64,000 nucleotides of DNA from Thermodesulfobacteriota bacterium (GTDB lineage Bacteria; Desulfobacterota_D; UBA1144; Nemesobacterales; UBA2774): positions 1,248,001-1,312,000 of the forward strand of contig OZ244197.1 of the NCBI GenBank assembly GCA_965216785.1, given 5' to 3'. Below the pieces are notes generated by a model. The model made no database searches and was not told where the DNA came from. It saw only the letters and a list, made by a program, of their open reading frames with translations. This document shows, one piece after another, positions 1 to 10,487 of the stretch (position 1 is its first letter; each line of letters begins with the position of its first letter). A program made the translations under genes and the position numbers.

Positions 1-135
1 CTTAAGTAAAAGTAGAAAATTTTCATATACGGGGGACTGTTTTGGGGAAATATAAAATATTGATCCTGCTTTGTACATTGTATTCGGCGGTTATTCGCAG
101 CTCTTTATCGGTACGAGGATTAAGAATTATTCGTA

Positions 136-1461
136 TTACTGGCCTACAATATTTTCGACCTTTTTTAGGGCCTCGGGGAGCGTAAAGATAATAACCTTGT
201 CGTCAATCTCGGGCACATAGTCTCCTCTTGGAATAACAACTTCATTGTGCCTGAGCACTATGCCGACTATCGAGCCTTCAGGGAAGTCTATGTCTTTAAG
301 CGCTTTACCCAGGATTTTACTCTTTTGAGTGATATCGACCTGAATTACCTCAGCTCTTCCTTCCTCAACTAGCGCTACCTGCGCTACTCCTCCGATGTGA
401 AGCAGACTGAGTATTTCGTTGGCTACTGAAAGTCTGACGCTTATCGCTCTGTCCACGCCGATGGCCTCAATTACGTCGATATAATCGGGCTTGGTATATA
501 GAACGGTGGTTCTCTTGGCGCCGAGGTTTTTAGCCAGTAGCGCGCTCAGCACGTTTTCTTCGTCATCACCCGTGAGCGCTATAAAGTAATCAGCTGACTC
601 TACGCCCGCTTCCTTAAGCGTCTCCGTGTCTGTGGCGTCGCCCTTGAAGACCAGCACGTTGTGCATCTGCTCGGCTGCGACAAGAGCTCTCTCGGGATCG
701 CTGTCAATGAGTTTTACCTTTATTCCTTTTTCGGAAAGCGCTTTTGCCACACCGAGACCTAATCTCCCGCACCCTACGATTACAACGGATTTTACTGGGG
801 TATCCTCAACATTGAATAGCTCTTTGAGCTTGCTTAAAACGTCGGGTTTGCCGAGCGCAAAGATATAGTCTCCCGACTCGAGCCTTGTGTCACCTGTTGG
901 TATCATTATCTCTCCATTCTTCGAGAGGGCTACGAAAATCCAGGCTTTTGCCGGGCCAATGTCCTTGAGCCTGCTTCCGACAATCGGTGTGTCCTCTTCA
1001 ACCTTGAGCTTGAGCAATTTGATCTTGCCCATGGCCAGGGTTTCGGTTTTCCAAGCGTAGGGCGAGCTGATCAGGCTTATAATCTTCTCCGCCATGATAG
1101 CTCCAGGATTTACGATATAAACTTTCGGTCTTTCTAGTATCTTCGGATAGTCGAGATAATTTCTGTCCCTGATCCTTACTATGATCTTGGCTACACCCAC
1201 GGAGGCTGACCATGAAGAGGCCAGGATATTGGTTTTATCATCCCCTGAGACCGCGAGCATAATGTCGCACTTGTCTATTTCGGCCTCTTTTAATATTTGG
1301 GGGTTATCTCCGTCTCCTTCTATAATGAGTACGTCGAGGAGCTCTCTCAGCCTCTCAACCGTGGCTTTGTCTTTCTCTATTATTACAATCTCGTGCTCTG
1401 ATGAAAGGTTTTTAGCCAGGAAGGACCCGACCTGCCCGGCACCTAAAATCACAATACGCAT
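136..1461 (-). CDS. trkA: Trk system potassium uptake protein TrkA
   Basis: 441 aa; two RCK_N Rossmann motifs (ILGAGQVG, VGCGRLG), each followed by an RCK_C domain. Confidence 0.95.
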   Translation of the reverse strand: MRIVILGAGQVGSFLAKNLSSEHEIVIIEKDKATVERLRELLDVLIIEGDGDNPQILKEAEIDKCDIMLAVSGDDKTNILASSWSASVGVAKIIVRIRDRNYLDYPKILERPKVYIVNPGAIMAEKIISLISSPYAWKTETLAMGKIKLLKLKVEEDTPIVGSRLKDIGPAKAWIFVALSKNGEIMIPTGDTRLESGDYIFALGKPDVLSKLKELFNVEDTPVKSVVIVGCGRLGLGVAKALSEKGIKVKLIDSDPERALVAAEQMHNVLVFKGDATDTETLKEAGVESADYFIALTGDDEENVLSALLAKNLGAKRTTVLYTKPDYIDVIEAIGVDRAISVRLSVANEILSLLHIGGVAQVALVEEGRAEVIQVDITQKSKILGKALKDIDFPEGSIVGIVLRHNEVVIPRGDYVPEIDDKVIIFTLPEALKKVENIVGQ

Positions 1462-1473
1462 GGACTTTTACCC

Positions 1474-2244
1474 CTAAGAGGACTTTGCCTCGCTTATTTT
1501 ATTGCTGCGCTGATATATTTTATAAAGCATTATAACTCCAATAACAGTTAAGCATATGGAGATAACCTGGGCTTGTGATAATCCGGGTATAAAGCTCGGT
1601 GACGTGCTTCTAAGAAATTCCATGAAAAACCTCTGCACGCCGAATATTATAAATCCTACTGAAGTCATCCATCCGAGCGGCAGGTCCCTTTTTCTTATTC
1701 TCCATAGTATCGCGAATATGATTAACATACTTATTGTATCGTAAAGCTGCGTCGGATGGACCCTCAAAATAGTCGGTGGAGAGCCGTCAGGGAAAGAAAT
1801 CGCCCAGGGGAGATTGCTCGGGATTCCGTAATCGTCTCCCACGAGCAAACATCCGATCCTGCCTATTGCATATGCCAGGATCAGGGGCGGCATTGCGGTG
1901 TCCAATACGGATAGGAAACTGACCCTCTTCATCTGAGTCACGAACCAACCTAAAAGAATTGCACCTATAAGCCCACCTAAGAATGTAAAACCCGAAGCCA
2001 TATACCTAGTTGGGTTGGCTAGTAAATCAGAAAGCGTTGCCTGCTGGAACAAAAAAAGTATCTTGGCTCCACCGAGCCCTCCGATTACGCTTGCAATTAG
2101 CAGTAAATCCACCAGATTAGGGTCAAAGCCTTTTCTCTTAAACTCTGCCTCGCTTACAAAATATGCGACCAGAAAAGCTACGAGCACCATGACTGAGAAT
2201 GAAGAGACCTGTATATCTCCGATTGTGAATAGAATAGGATGCAT
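1474..2244 (-). CDS. lgt: Prolipoprotein diacylglyceryl transferase
   Basis: Membrane protein with GRIGC..GDDYG and HPTQLY motifs. Confidence 0.93.
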   Translation of the reverse strand: MHPILFTIGDIQVSSFSVMVLVAFLVAYFVSEAEFKRKGFDPNLVDLLLIASVIGGLGGAKILFLFQQATLSDLLANPTRYMASGFTFLGGLIGAILLGWFVTQMKRVSFLSVLDTAMPPLILAYAIGRIGCLLVGDDYGIPSNLPWAISFPDGSPPTILRVHPTQLYDTISMLIIFAILWRIRKRDLPLGWMTSVGFIIFGVQRFFMEFLRSTSPSFIPGLSQAQVISICLTVIGVIMLYKIYQRSNKISEAKSS

Positions 2245-2444
2245 ATTTATTGGCTCCCTTGCGTTGCGCGCTTTAGGTTCAGGCCCTTTAATATCAAATT
2301 ACAGGAGATTCTTGTCGCTAAAATCTACTGTTTGTTTATAAGGGTTAAAGTCTTACATGGTTTATGCGAGTGTGCAAACTAATGCTATATAGTTTAGGAC
2401 TTCCGGGGCGTATAGCCGGTTTGGTTAACTAAGAGCCCAGCCTA

Positions 2445-4031
2445 TTATGCCTTTGAAGAAAATTCCCCTTTAAATTCGTCCATGATTTTTCTGACCGCCT
2501 GACCGATTGCCTGGTAACTATGCTCAGTTAAATTTGCCAGGGAAACCCGGGCTGAAGGGTGATCTACGTCAAACCCTTTACCGGGGAGCAGCACCACTCC
2601 GGTTTCATCCGCGAGGCGAGTTATAAACTCGGCGCCAGTGTATTTCGTCATAAGCCATTTGGTAAATTTAGCACCGTGCAGCTTGAGAGATAACTCCTCA
2701 AGATCAATAATCGAATAGTAATCAACGCTGTTACTGTCAAAGTCAGGTGTATAGCCTATGGCGTTGTGAAGTATCGCGTAGCGTCTTCTTATCAAGCGTT
2801 TTGCATCGGCTTTATAGTCTTGGCGCTCGTCCAGAATATTCCCGATTGCAAACAGCATCATTTGCAGCTGCTGTGGACAAGATAGGCCTGCCGTATGGTT
2901 TAATGCGACAGCCCGGCTGTCAGCTACAAGGCGGTCTATGAATTTCAGCTCCCGGGGTTTGTCGGTAAGCGAGCTGTAGCGCTTGTCCAGCCTTTTTTTG
3001 ACAGTAGCGGATAAATTCCCGATAAGCTCGTCAAATATATTGTCGTTACCAAGAACTATAGTTCCCAGTCTCCATCCGGTCGCGCCGAAATATTTTGAAA
3101 ACGAGTAGACGCAAAGCGTGTTATAAGGGCATACAGAGAAAATAGACAGGAAATCGTCGGCAAATGTGCCGTATACATCATCTGTTACGATCATCAGGTC
3201 CTTTCTCTTTTTAGAAACAAGCTCGGAAAGATTTTTCAGCACAGTGTCGCTCATTTTTACGGACGGCGGGTTCGAAGGGTTTACCATGAAGAGCAGTTTT
3301 ATTTCAGGATCAAGGAGCTTTTTTAATTCTTTTTGCGGGACCTGCCATGACTTAGCTTCGTCCGCTTTAATATCGACAATTTCTAAGTCGTAAGCAGGTA
3401 TTCGTGGAATCTCAAGATAAGGTGAGAAAATCGGCGTTATAATAGCTATCTTATCGCCTTTGCCCAACAGGCCGTTTGACTTCATTGACTCGAATATATA
3501 TGTCATTGCCGCGGTCCCGCCTTCAGTGGCGAAAATGTCGAAATCTTCCGTCGGCATTTGAGCACCGCACATTTGATTGGCTAAATAAACTTTTACAATA
3601 CGCTGGCAAAGTGTGAGCATCTTTGGAGGGACGGGGTAATTACAGCCTAAAAAGGCTTCTGTTATTTCATGCAGGAGCTCTGCCTTCTTAATTCCCAGAT
3701 GGTCATCTGCAAAAGACAGAACCGAGCTGATAAAATCAATGCCGGGAGAGCCTTCATTATGCAGAGCGTAAGCATCAAAACGCTCGACAATACCTTCTTT
3801 ATCAGGCATCCCACCGAAGCTGGCGCTCAAATAGGAATAGGAGCGCTCGGACTCCCGTAACGCGAAATCACCGACGCGCAGAAAAGCGTGGCGTGCCTGT
3901 GTTGCCAGGAAATTCGGATTTCCCCGGCCGGCATTCAGCATCATTCTGTCCTTGTCCGAGCTCGCCATCTTTATCAGCAGGTCCTTGAATTCAAACGGGC
4001 TTAAATTTTCCAGGTTCTTCGGTAACGTCAT
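2445..4031 (-). CDS. aspD: Aspartate 4-decarboxylase (PLP-dependent, class I fold)
   Basis: LSPFEFKD and LNAGRGNPN N-terminus, NPSNPPS, SFSKYFGATGWRLG PLP-lysine motif; adjacent to aspT. Confidence 0.93.
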   Translation of the reverse strand: MTLPKNLENLSPFEFKDLLIKMASSDKDRMMLNAGRGNPNFLATQARHAFLRVGDFALRESERSYSYLSASFGGMPDKEGIVERFDAYALHNEGSPGIDFISSVLSFADDHLGIKKAELLHEITEAFLGCNYPVPPKMLTLCQRIVKVYLANQMCGAQMPTEDFDIFATEGGTAAMTYIFESMKSNGLLGKGDKIAIITPIFSPYLEIPRIPAYDLEIVDIKADEAKSWQVPQKELKKLLDPEIKLLFMVNPSNPPSVKMSDTVLKNLSELVSKKRKDLMIVTDDVYGTFADDFLSIFSVCPYNTLCVYSFSKYFGATGWRLGTIVLGNDNIFDELIGNLSATVKKRLDKRYSSLTDKPRELKFIDRLVADSRAVALNHTAGLSCPQQLQMMLFAIGNILDERQDYKADAKRLIRRRYAILHNAIGYTPDFDSNSVDYYSIIDLEELSLKLHGAKFTKWLMTKYTGAEFITRLADETGVVLLPGKGFDVDHPSARVSLANLTEHSYQAIGQAVRKIMDEFKGEFSSKA

Positions 4032-4046
4032 AATTCCCCTCCCTTG

Positions 4047-5756
4047 TTAAGTTGCGTTTTTAGATACCAATGCCACAATGATCGGCCCCCAGAGGGTAAG
4101 CCAAATATTTGCGATCGCGTATGTAGCTGTAAAAGCGACAACGGGCGTCGAGTTGCCTGCCTTTTCCAGAAGCGCCGCAAATCCCGGATTAGCACTTCTG
4201 CCGCCCGCGATGGTGGCTAAAAGCTCGATCGGATTTTTTATCTTCAACAAATAGTAAGAGATATAAAAAGTTATTATCTGAGGAATAATCGTGACTCCTA
4301 CTCCCAGAAGAAAGAGCTCTGTGCCATGCTCTTTAATTGCGGTCAGAGCTTGTGGCCCGGCCGTAATACCCACTGTGGCCACAAACACCGCCAGACCGAA
4401 ATCACGCAGGAAATTAGAAGCACCCGAAGGCAGCGCCCCGATTTGCGGATGGCGGGAGCGGAGCCAGCCGAAGACCAGTCCCGAAAGTAAACAGCCGCCC
4501 CCGGAGCCTATTGATATCGAAACACCGAATATCTTGATCGTAACCATACCGATCAGTATCCCTAGCGCCATTCCGATACCGAAGCTTATGAAATCTGTGA
4601 GCCTGGCAGCCGAAATTACACGCCCCAATTTTGCTGTCGTGCTATCCAGGTCGGCGGGACGTCCTACAAGCCTTATCTCATCACCCCTTCTCAATACCAG
4701 ATCGTGATCCGGCTTAAGCTCTTCACCGAGTCTCGACACGCCCCTTATAAATAATCCCCTGTGGTATTTATCTACCGTTTTGCTTTGAAACTCTTCGACC
4801 GTTTCTCCGTCAACTTCGGGGTCATGCAAAACAATATCTCTTTCCTCTTCGGTCAGCTGCATTATTTCGGGCTTGGGCACTTCCTTTTCAAATAATTCGT
4901 ATTTTTTAGAAAAATTCTCGGACCTTGCGGTTACAGCAACCACATCGCCGGCCTTTAAAACAGTATCGGGCTTCATATCGAACAATTCGCCGTCCCGCAT
5001 CAACCCTTCTACCGCCATACGATCCTTGCTATCAAATAAATCATCGATATTTTGCCCTATCAACTTGGAACCCTGGAGAATTTCATAGACCCGTGTGTCT
5101 ATATCGGGGATAGCCATAAATTGTCCGGGCTCAAGTTCAATATGAGTACCGGACATTTTCTTTGCCAGCTTCTTGGCTTCTTCGCGAAGGTCCCATTTCA
5201 TCATCGCTGGGAAAATACTAGCCAGCATAATTATCGGACCGAACGATCCGAATATGTAACAAACTGCGTAACCAACAGCTATATTAGCCTGCATTACCTG
5301 GGTTGCTTGAGCCGAGAGGCCTAGCCTTGCGATCGCGTCGCTAGCGGTTCCGATCAGAGCAGACTGGGTCAGCCCGCCTGCTGCCAAGCCTGCCGCAGTA
5401 CCCCTGTCGAGCCCAAAAGTCCAGGCGGCGGCCAGCACACAAAGAAGACCGAGCACGCACGTAATAGTTGCGGAAATCAGCTGAACAGCAGTTTCTCGGT
5501 TAAGTGAGCGGAAAAACTGAGGCCCGCCCTGGTAGCCCACAGCATAGATAAAGAGTGCAAAGAAGATAGTGCCGATAGCGGGGGGCATCTTTATACCTAG
5601 CTGGCCGATTATCACTCCCATTATCAGAGAGCCTGCAATTCCACCCAAGACGAAAGTCTTTACGCGGAACTTACCAATGAAATAACCCGACGCTATGGTT
5701 ATGAATAATATGAATAGAGGGGATTCAATTAATAGGTGATACAGTTCGCTAATCAA
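4047..5756 (-). CDS. aspT: Aspartate:alanine antiporter (AAE family, two TrkA-C domains)
   Basis: GYQGGPQFF motif, duplicated membrane domains flanking a soluble region, 15 bp upstream of aspD. Confidence 0.9.
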   Translation of the reverse strand: MISELYHLLIESPLFILFITIASGYFIGKFRVKTFVLGGIAGSLIMGVIIGQLGIKMPPAIGTIFFALFIYAVGYQGGPQFFRSLNRETAVQLISATITCVLGLLCVLAAAWTFGLDRGTAAGLAAGGLTQSALIGTASDAIARLGLSAQATQVMQANIAVGYAVCYIFGSFGPIIMLASIFPAMMKWDLREEAKKLAKKMSGTHIELEPGQFMAIPDIDTRVYEILQGSKLIGQNIDDLFDSKDRMAVEGLMRDGELFDMKPDTVLKAGDVVAVTARSENFSKKYELFEKEVPKPEIMQLTEEERDIVLHDPEVDGETVEEFQSKTVDKYHRGLFIRGVSRLGEELKPDHDLVLRRGDEIRLVGRPADLDSTTAKLGRVISAARLTDFISFGIGMALGILIGMVTIKIFGVSISIGSGGGCLLSGLVFGWLRSRHPQIGALPSGASNFLRDFGLAVFVATVGITAGPQALTAIKEHGTELFLLGVGVTIIPQIITFYISYYLLKIKNPIELLATIAGGRSANPGFAALLEKAGNSTPVVAFTATYAIANIWLTLWGPIIVALVSKNAT

Positions 5757-5890
5757 TGAGCTTGCCTCTTAATAACTCCTCAACTGTAACGTTCTGCTAT
5801 ATGTGATCAACCTACTAAAACTATAGTAAATAAGAATTAAGAACTTGTCCAAAATTACTATGCCTTTTACCACTGAATTTCTATCTATAT

Positions 5891-7159
5891 TTACAACTCC
5901 ACCTCGAACTTAAAACCAAGTACGAGAGCGTTATCTATATCCTCTCTTCCGCTCGGATGAATAACGTACTGCATCTGAGGCTGTACGATGAGCCATTTTA
6001 ATGTTTCCATTTTGTATGTAAGCTCGAGGACCGACTCGTAGTCCTGCTCCGGTAGGTCGTCGCTGTAATCGCCGATCAGGAAGCCGAGCCCCGTTTTATC
6101 GCTATTGCGGTTTTTTATCAAGCCTACATAAGCGAGCCCCCCGGCATAGTAGAACGGAAACGAGTTAATTTCCTCCTGTGGTGAATAGGTGAATACGGAG
6201 AAGAATATCAAGCCCTGATTGTCTAGGCCGTTCTCCTTATACAGTGTTTGCTCCATAAAGAAATAAAAGCCGTAGTTATCAGACTTAGTCCTGCCGGGTT
6301 TATTAAAGACGTCAAATTCACTCGTATCCAGAAGCGCCCCCAGCTTATATGTGCCCGGAAGTCCGTGCCTTGAGATTTTGAGTTTGGGACTGTATCCGAT
6401 CTCCCCGAGCCAAAGTGCTCCACCGTCAAACGAAAAATCTAGTCCGTTATTGTCCGCGTCTTTATTGTCCGGGTTCGACGTATACACGCCGGACATTATA
6501 TAAAACTCTTTTACGGGTTTGATTTTTACCCTTATACCCCACGCGGAGAAAGGATCGGGAGTGATGGTGGGTATGTTTTTCTTTATACTGCCGGCGTTTG
6601 CATTAAACGCTGTATTGACGTAGTACTCTAAAACGTCCAGGGTCGCAAACTCGGTAAGAGTTGCCATCCTTCCGGCGGCAACGCTCAGCTTGTCTCCGAA
6701 AAGTGACTGCTCCATAAAAAGCTGGTATAGACGGTATGAATCTGCACCGAACGTGAACCCGAGGTTTAGGTTAAAAACCTCAGACACGTCGAACTCGTTC
6801 CCTATGTGCTCTTCAGAGAGGCTCCATCCCGTGATCCAGGTGCCTGAGACGACAAATCTAAGACCGTTAATCCCTGCAATTTTCCCGAGATCAAACTCTG
6901 AGCCTATAACTAGCTGGCCCGCGTATTCAAATCCTTTGCTTTCACCGCCGACGGGGTTCCCCAGAAAGGTAGTATGGTAATTACCGAAAAACGTTATTCC
7001 TTTGTCAACAAGCTCATTACGTTTTCCACCCCAGCCGCCTGTCATATACTCACTGTCAAGCCATTTACCGAAGGCGTTTTTCTCATTAGATTGAGAAACC
7101 GCATCGTTAATTGGGACGCAAAAAAAGAGAATTGATGAAATAATAATTATGAATCTCAT
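5891..7159 (-). CDS. OprB-family carbohydrate-selective porin
   Basis: Signal peptide; MTGGWGGKR..L...GI, RLYQLFMEQ, LPGTYKLG and QPQMQYVIHP motifs. Confidence 0.85.
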   Translation of the reverse strand: MRFIIIISSILFFCVPINDAVSQSNEKNAFGKWLDSEYMTGGWGGKRNELVDKGITFFGNYHTTFLGNPVGGESKGFEYAGQLVIGSEFDLGKIAGINGLRFVVSGTWITGWSLSEEHIGNEFDVSEVFNLNLGFTFGADSYRLYQLFMEQSLFGDKLSVAAGRMATLTEFATLDVLEYYVNTAFNANAGSIKKNIPTITPDPFSAWGIRVKIKPVKEFYIMSGVYTSNPDNKDADNNGLDFSFDGGALWLGEIGYSPKLKISRHGLPGTYKLGALLDTSEFDVFNKPGRTKSDNYGFYFFMEQTLYKENGLDNQGLIFFSVFTYSPQEEINSFPFYYAGGLAYVGLIKNRNSDKTGLGFLIGDYSDDLPEQDYESVLELTYKMETLKWLIVQPQMQYVIHPSGREDIDNALVLGFKFEVEL

Positions 7160-7380
7160 AATTGGATTTGCGCATAGTCTGGTGCAGCTGAAATTAAATG
7201 AAAAATAATCGTGATACGCAAGCTAAGTTCTGTAATATATTAATAATATCATCCTTACTAAAACAAGCAATTTCAGGCTTTTATGTAGTGGTAAATGCTC
7301 AACGATTTCAGACACTTAATCTATAGTTGAAGCGCCTAGTATACGATTCCGCATCTTAATAGCAATCTAAAGGATGTTTG

Positions 7381-7962
7381 TCAGGGCTTCCAGGGTGTGT
7401 AGTCGATATTATGGATTATATCCATAGAGTAGCTCACGGAGCTTGAAAGCTTCTCACCATACTCTGCTACCCACTCGGGGGGCGCGTTTGAGTAAAAATC
7501 ATTAAGCGTCATCCAAGCGCCTCCGCTTAGTAAACCCCCGTCAACTACACTTACCAGAAAAGCGGTCATGTCGCCCCCGTCCATGGCGTTTATAATCTCA
7601 CATTCGGCATAAGAATGGGCGTCATCGAGCACTGGGCTTCCGGTAACGCCTAAGCTATAGGATATGTCTTCAAACTTATCTTTTTCCCTTCCTGTATAGA
7701 AGCCGAAGTTTTTCACAAGTCCGATCTGGTCTTTTCTAAGTAGGTGTATTGTGAATGCTTTACTGTAAGTTATGAACTCGTGCGTGTAGTTACCTTTCCA
7801 GATTCCCACCAAAAGCCTGGGAATCGTGTGAACTATGGAAGAAGTGACGGCAGTGACCGCTATCTGAGCGTTTACTTTGTCCTCCATAGAGCTTGCTATG
7901 ACGACTACGGGGGAGAGTGTCCAAAAAGCGCCCGCTACAGACGCCCCCTCTTCCCTACTCAT
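7381..7962 (-). CDS. Flavin reductase-like FMN-binding protein
   Basis: FGFYTGREKDKF, TGSPVL and AECEI..MDGGD motifs of the flavin reductase-like family. Confidence 0.8.
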   Translation of the reverse strand: MSREEGASVAGAFWTLSPVVVIASSMEDKVNAQIAVTAVTSSIVHTIPRLLVGIWKGNYTHEFITYSKAFTIHLLRKDQIGLVKNFGFYTGREKDKFEDISYSLGVTGSPVLDDAHSYAECEIINAMDGGDMTAFLVSVVDGGLLSGGAWMTLNDFYSNAPPEWVAEYGEKLSSSVSYSMDIIHNIDYTPWKP

Positions 7963-8000
7963 TATGTTCAGCCTTAAGATTCCTCATAGTATTTTCCAAA

Positions 8001-8789
8001 TTACCAATCAAAAGCTATAACAACCTGACCCGTGACGAGCGGGCCGAGGTTAACTTTGTCCCTGTCGGGCACGATTATTTTTACCGGGTTTACTATATAG
8101 CTCGCAGCTTTTAAAAACCCGCTGTTTTGACTCTCAAGCCACTCGGATGTTTCCTCGAGTACCACCCCGGCGGGTATTCCTATGCCAGGCGTGACAATAA
8201 GGTCTTGAATCGATGGGGATTGTATTACCCCCTCTATTGTGTATTCAAAGAGTGTGCTTTGAATTACGGATCCGAGCGCGGAGGTGTAGAAGTTATATCC
8301 CTTGGCTCTGTAATAAAGGTATGAATAAGCTCCAAACGCAGGATGAGCGATCCAATTGGTTTTAAAGCTATCCCCGTCCTCCACCTCGAAATCACCCCTT
8401 TTCCTGTCTTTGTTCTGGAAGCCTAAAACGTTCTTCCACCACCTGAATGGATCTATCAGCATCTGCTTGTCCTTATTGGTTATATCCATCATGTTTACCT
8501 GCACGATGCGGACTAGCCAGAGTGTGAAGTAGACGTTTCGGGTGGCGCGGAGAAAATCCTCAAAATCGGCAAGGGATTTTCGGTCCGCCTCTTTGTAAAA
8601 TTCAATATCGGCATTTCTGTATTCTGCCGAGTTGATTAAAACAGAGCTGTTAACCGGGCTCATTAGTACGGGAGGAGTGTCGCCGAAAATATTGTCAGCG
8701 CGGGCAATCCCGGCGGATATTATAAATACGGGAGTTAATAAAATTAAATAAATCCAGGCGGGAAATAGCTTCTTCATCATTTGAGACAC
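8001..8789 (-). CDS. DUF3943-like exported/outer-membrane protein
   Basis: DGDSFKTNWIAHPAFGAYSY..R, STLFEY..E and PSIQDLIVTP motifs. Confidence 0.65.
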   Translation of the reverse strand: MSQMMKKLFPAWIYLILLTPVFIISAGIARADNIFGDTPPVLMSPVNSSVLINSAEYRNADIEFYKEADRKSLADFEDFLRATRNVYFTLWLVRIVQVNMMDITNKDKQMLIDPFRWWKNVLGFQNKDRKRGDFEVEDGDSFKTNWIAHPAFGAYSYLYYRAKGYNFYTSALGSVIQSTLFEYTIEGVIQSPSIQDLIVTPGIGIPAGVVLEETSEWLESQNSGFLKAASYIVNPVKIIVPDRDKVNLGPLVTGQVVIAFDW

Positions 8790-8987
8790 CCGATCTTACT
8801 AACCTCCTATAATAATAACATAGACGTGCTTTGAATTGGTACTAAAATCTTAAACGTGGCAAAATATCCAAAAGGCGTTTTATATCGGAAAAATAATGTG
8901 TTTCAGATAAAAAATAGCTTGACTTCGCCAATAAAATAATGTAATTATCTGGGGTATAATATTCCTAAATTCCGCAGGAGGAGCTTA

Positions 8988-9698
8988 ATGCAAAAGGTGA
9001 AGTTATTTAGTACTGTAATGCTCGTTGTTTTGGCGTCGGTGTTGGTTTTTGGTTGCGGATCTAATGTAGATAAAGAGATGGCAGATGCGGAAGCAGCTTT
9101 ACAAGCGGCTAGAGACGCCGGTGCTGAGGGGCTCCCGGAATATCAAGCGGCAGAGGAGCTTATAGCCAAGGCAAGAGAGATGATGGCTGCAGGAGATACT
9201 GCAGGCGCACGCGCACTACTCGAAGAAGCCCGCTTCAAAGCTATAGAAGCTGAAGGAAAGGCGAAGCAGCAAGCCTATGTGGAATCAGTGGACATCGATA
9301 CTGTAGAAGAGTCACTTTCATCGCTTAGTCCTTCAGGATCGTCCTACGGGCTGGTTGATGTTTTCTTTGCGTACGACCAGTCGAGTATCACCTCGGAATC
9401 AAGAAGCACTCTAAACGATAATGCTCGTATAATTAGAGGCAGTTCAGGTAAATTTCAGGTTGTTGTGATTGAAGGTTACTGTGATATTAGAGGCACTGAA
9501 GAGTATAACTTGGCACTCGGTCAGAGAAGAGCGGAATCTACTAGGAACTATTTAATAGGTCTTGGAGTATCTCCTTCTATTGTACAGGCTGTAAGTAAGG
9601 GAGAGACGGAGCAGTTTGCCTTTGGCACTTCGGAATATGATTATCAGCAGAACAGGAGAGCACATTTTGTGCCGGCCGTATCTTCTCCGAGCTTTTAG
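8988..9698 (+). CDS. Pal/OmpA-family peptidoglycan-associated lipoprotein with N-terminal Ala-rich (DUF4398-like) domain
   Basis: Lipobox VFGC, C-terminal EGYCD.RGTEEYNLALGQRRA...NRRA; GGAGG RBS. Confidence 0.9.
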   Translation: MQKVKLFSTVMLVVLASVLVFGCGSNVDKEMADAEAALQAARDAGAEGLPEYQAAEELIAKAREMMAAGDTAGARALLEEARFKAIEAEGKAKQQAYVESVDIDTVEESLSSLSPSGSSYGLVDVFFAYDQSSITSESRSTLNDNARIIRGSSGKFQVVVIEGYCDIRGTEEYNLALGQRRAESTRNYLIGLGVSPSIVQAVSKGETEQFAFGTSEYDYQQNRRAHFVPAVSSPSF

Positions 9699-9701
9699 GT
9701 A

Positions 9702-10427
9702 TTGTCTATGAGACTTAATTCAATTATCATGTTGTTATCTGTAGCTTGCATTTTGAGTGCGGGTTGTGTAGCTTCGCAGGGAGATATGAACAGCGTGTAT
9801 GCCAGGCAGACTCGCTTAGAAGCGAAGATGGACAGTCTGACAAAACAGGTTCAGTCCATGAAAGGCTCAGAGGGAAGTAGCGCTACAGATCCGGCTCTCA
9901 AAGAAGAGGTATATAGGCTGCAGCAGGAAGTAAATGATCTAAAAAGATCTTATTCTGACTTGAATGCAAAGGTAAATAAATCTGACTTAGATCTTCCCGT
10001 GTCTTCAGAGGGCGGCTCGACTGAAATTGAAACCGCGTCTGTGAACACGGAGGAAGTTATATACAATCAAGGTTACACAGAGCTCAGCGAAGGCAATTAT
10101 GAGGAATCGAGGAAAAAGTTTAAAATGTTTTTATCAGAGTATCCAAAATCCTCAAAAGCAGGGGATGCTACATACTGGATAGCGGAGTCCTATTACAGAG
10201 AGGGTGAGTTTGAAGAAGCGATCCTAGATTATCAAAGGTTTATAGATACTTACCCAAGTGATGACAGGGTCCCGCTCTCATATTTAAAACAGGGATTGTC
10301 GCTAATGGAAATAGGTAAAAATGAAGAAGCGCAATTATTTTTTGAGACACTCATTGACAAATACCCTCAATCAGATGAAGCTAATACAGCAAAGGAAAAA
10401 ATAAGAGAACTTGCAGTTAACGGTTAA
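9702..10427 (+). CDS. cpoB: Tol-Pal system protein CpoB/YbgF
   Basis: Lipobox, coiled coil and C-terminal TPRs (ATYWIAESYY); follows the Pal-like gene. Confidence 0.85.
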   Translation: MSMRLNSIIMLLSVACILSAGCVASQGDMNSVYARQTRLEAKMDSLTKQVQSMKGSEGSSATDPALKEEVYRLQQEVNDLKRSYSDLNAKVNKSDLDLPVSSEGGSTEIETASVNTEEVIYNQGYTELSEGNYEESRKKFKMFLSEYPKSSKAGDATYWIAESYYREGEFEEAILDYQRFIDTYPSDDRVPLSYLKQGLSLMEIGKNEEAQLFFETLIDKYPQSDEANTAKEKIRELAVNG

Positions 10428-10487
10428 ACGGTTTATTATTATGTACTCAATAGGTACTCAAAAAACTCTTAAAGGAGGTGCAGTAGA

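Noticed and set aside
2404-2430. CGGGGCGTATAGCCGGTTTGG as a tRNA 5' fragment
   Set aside because: No anticodon arm, T arm or acceptor pairing follows.
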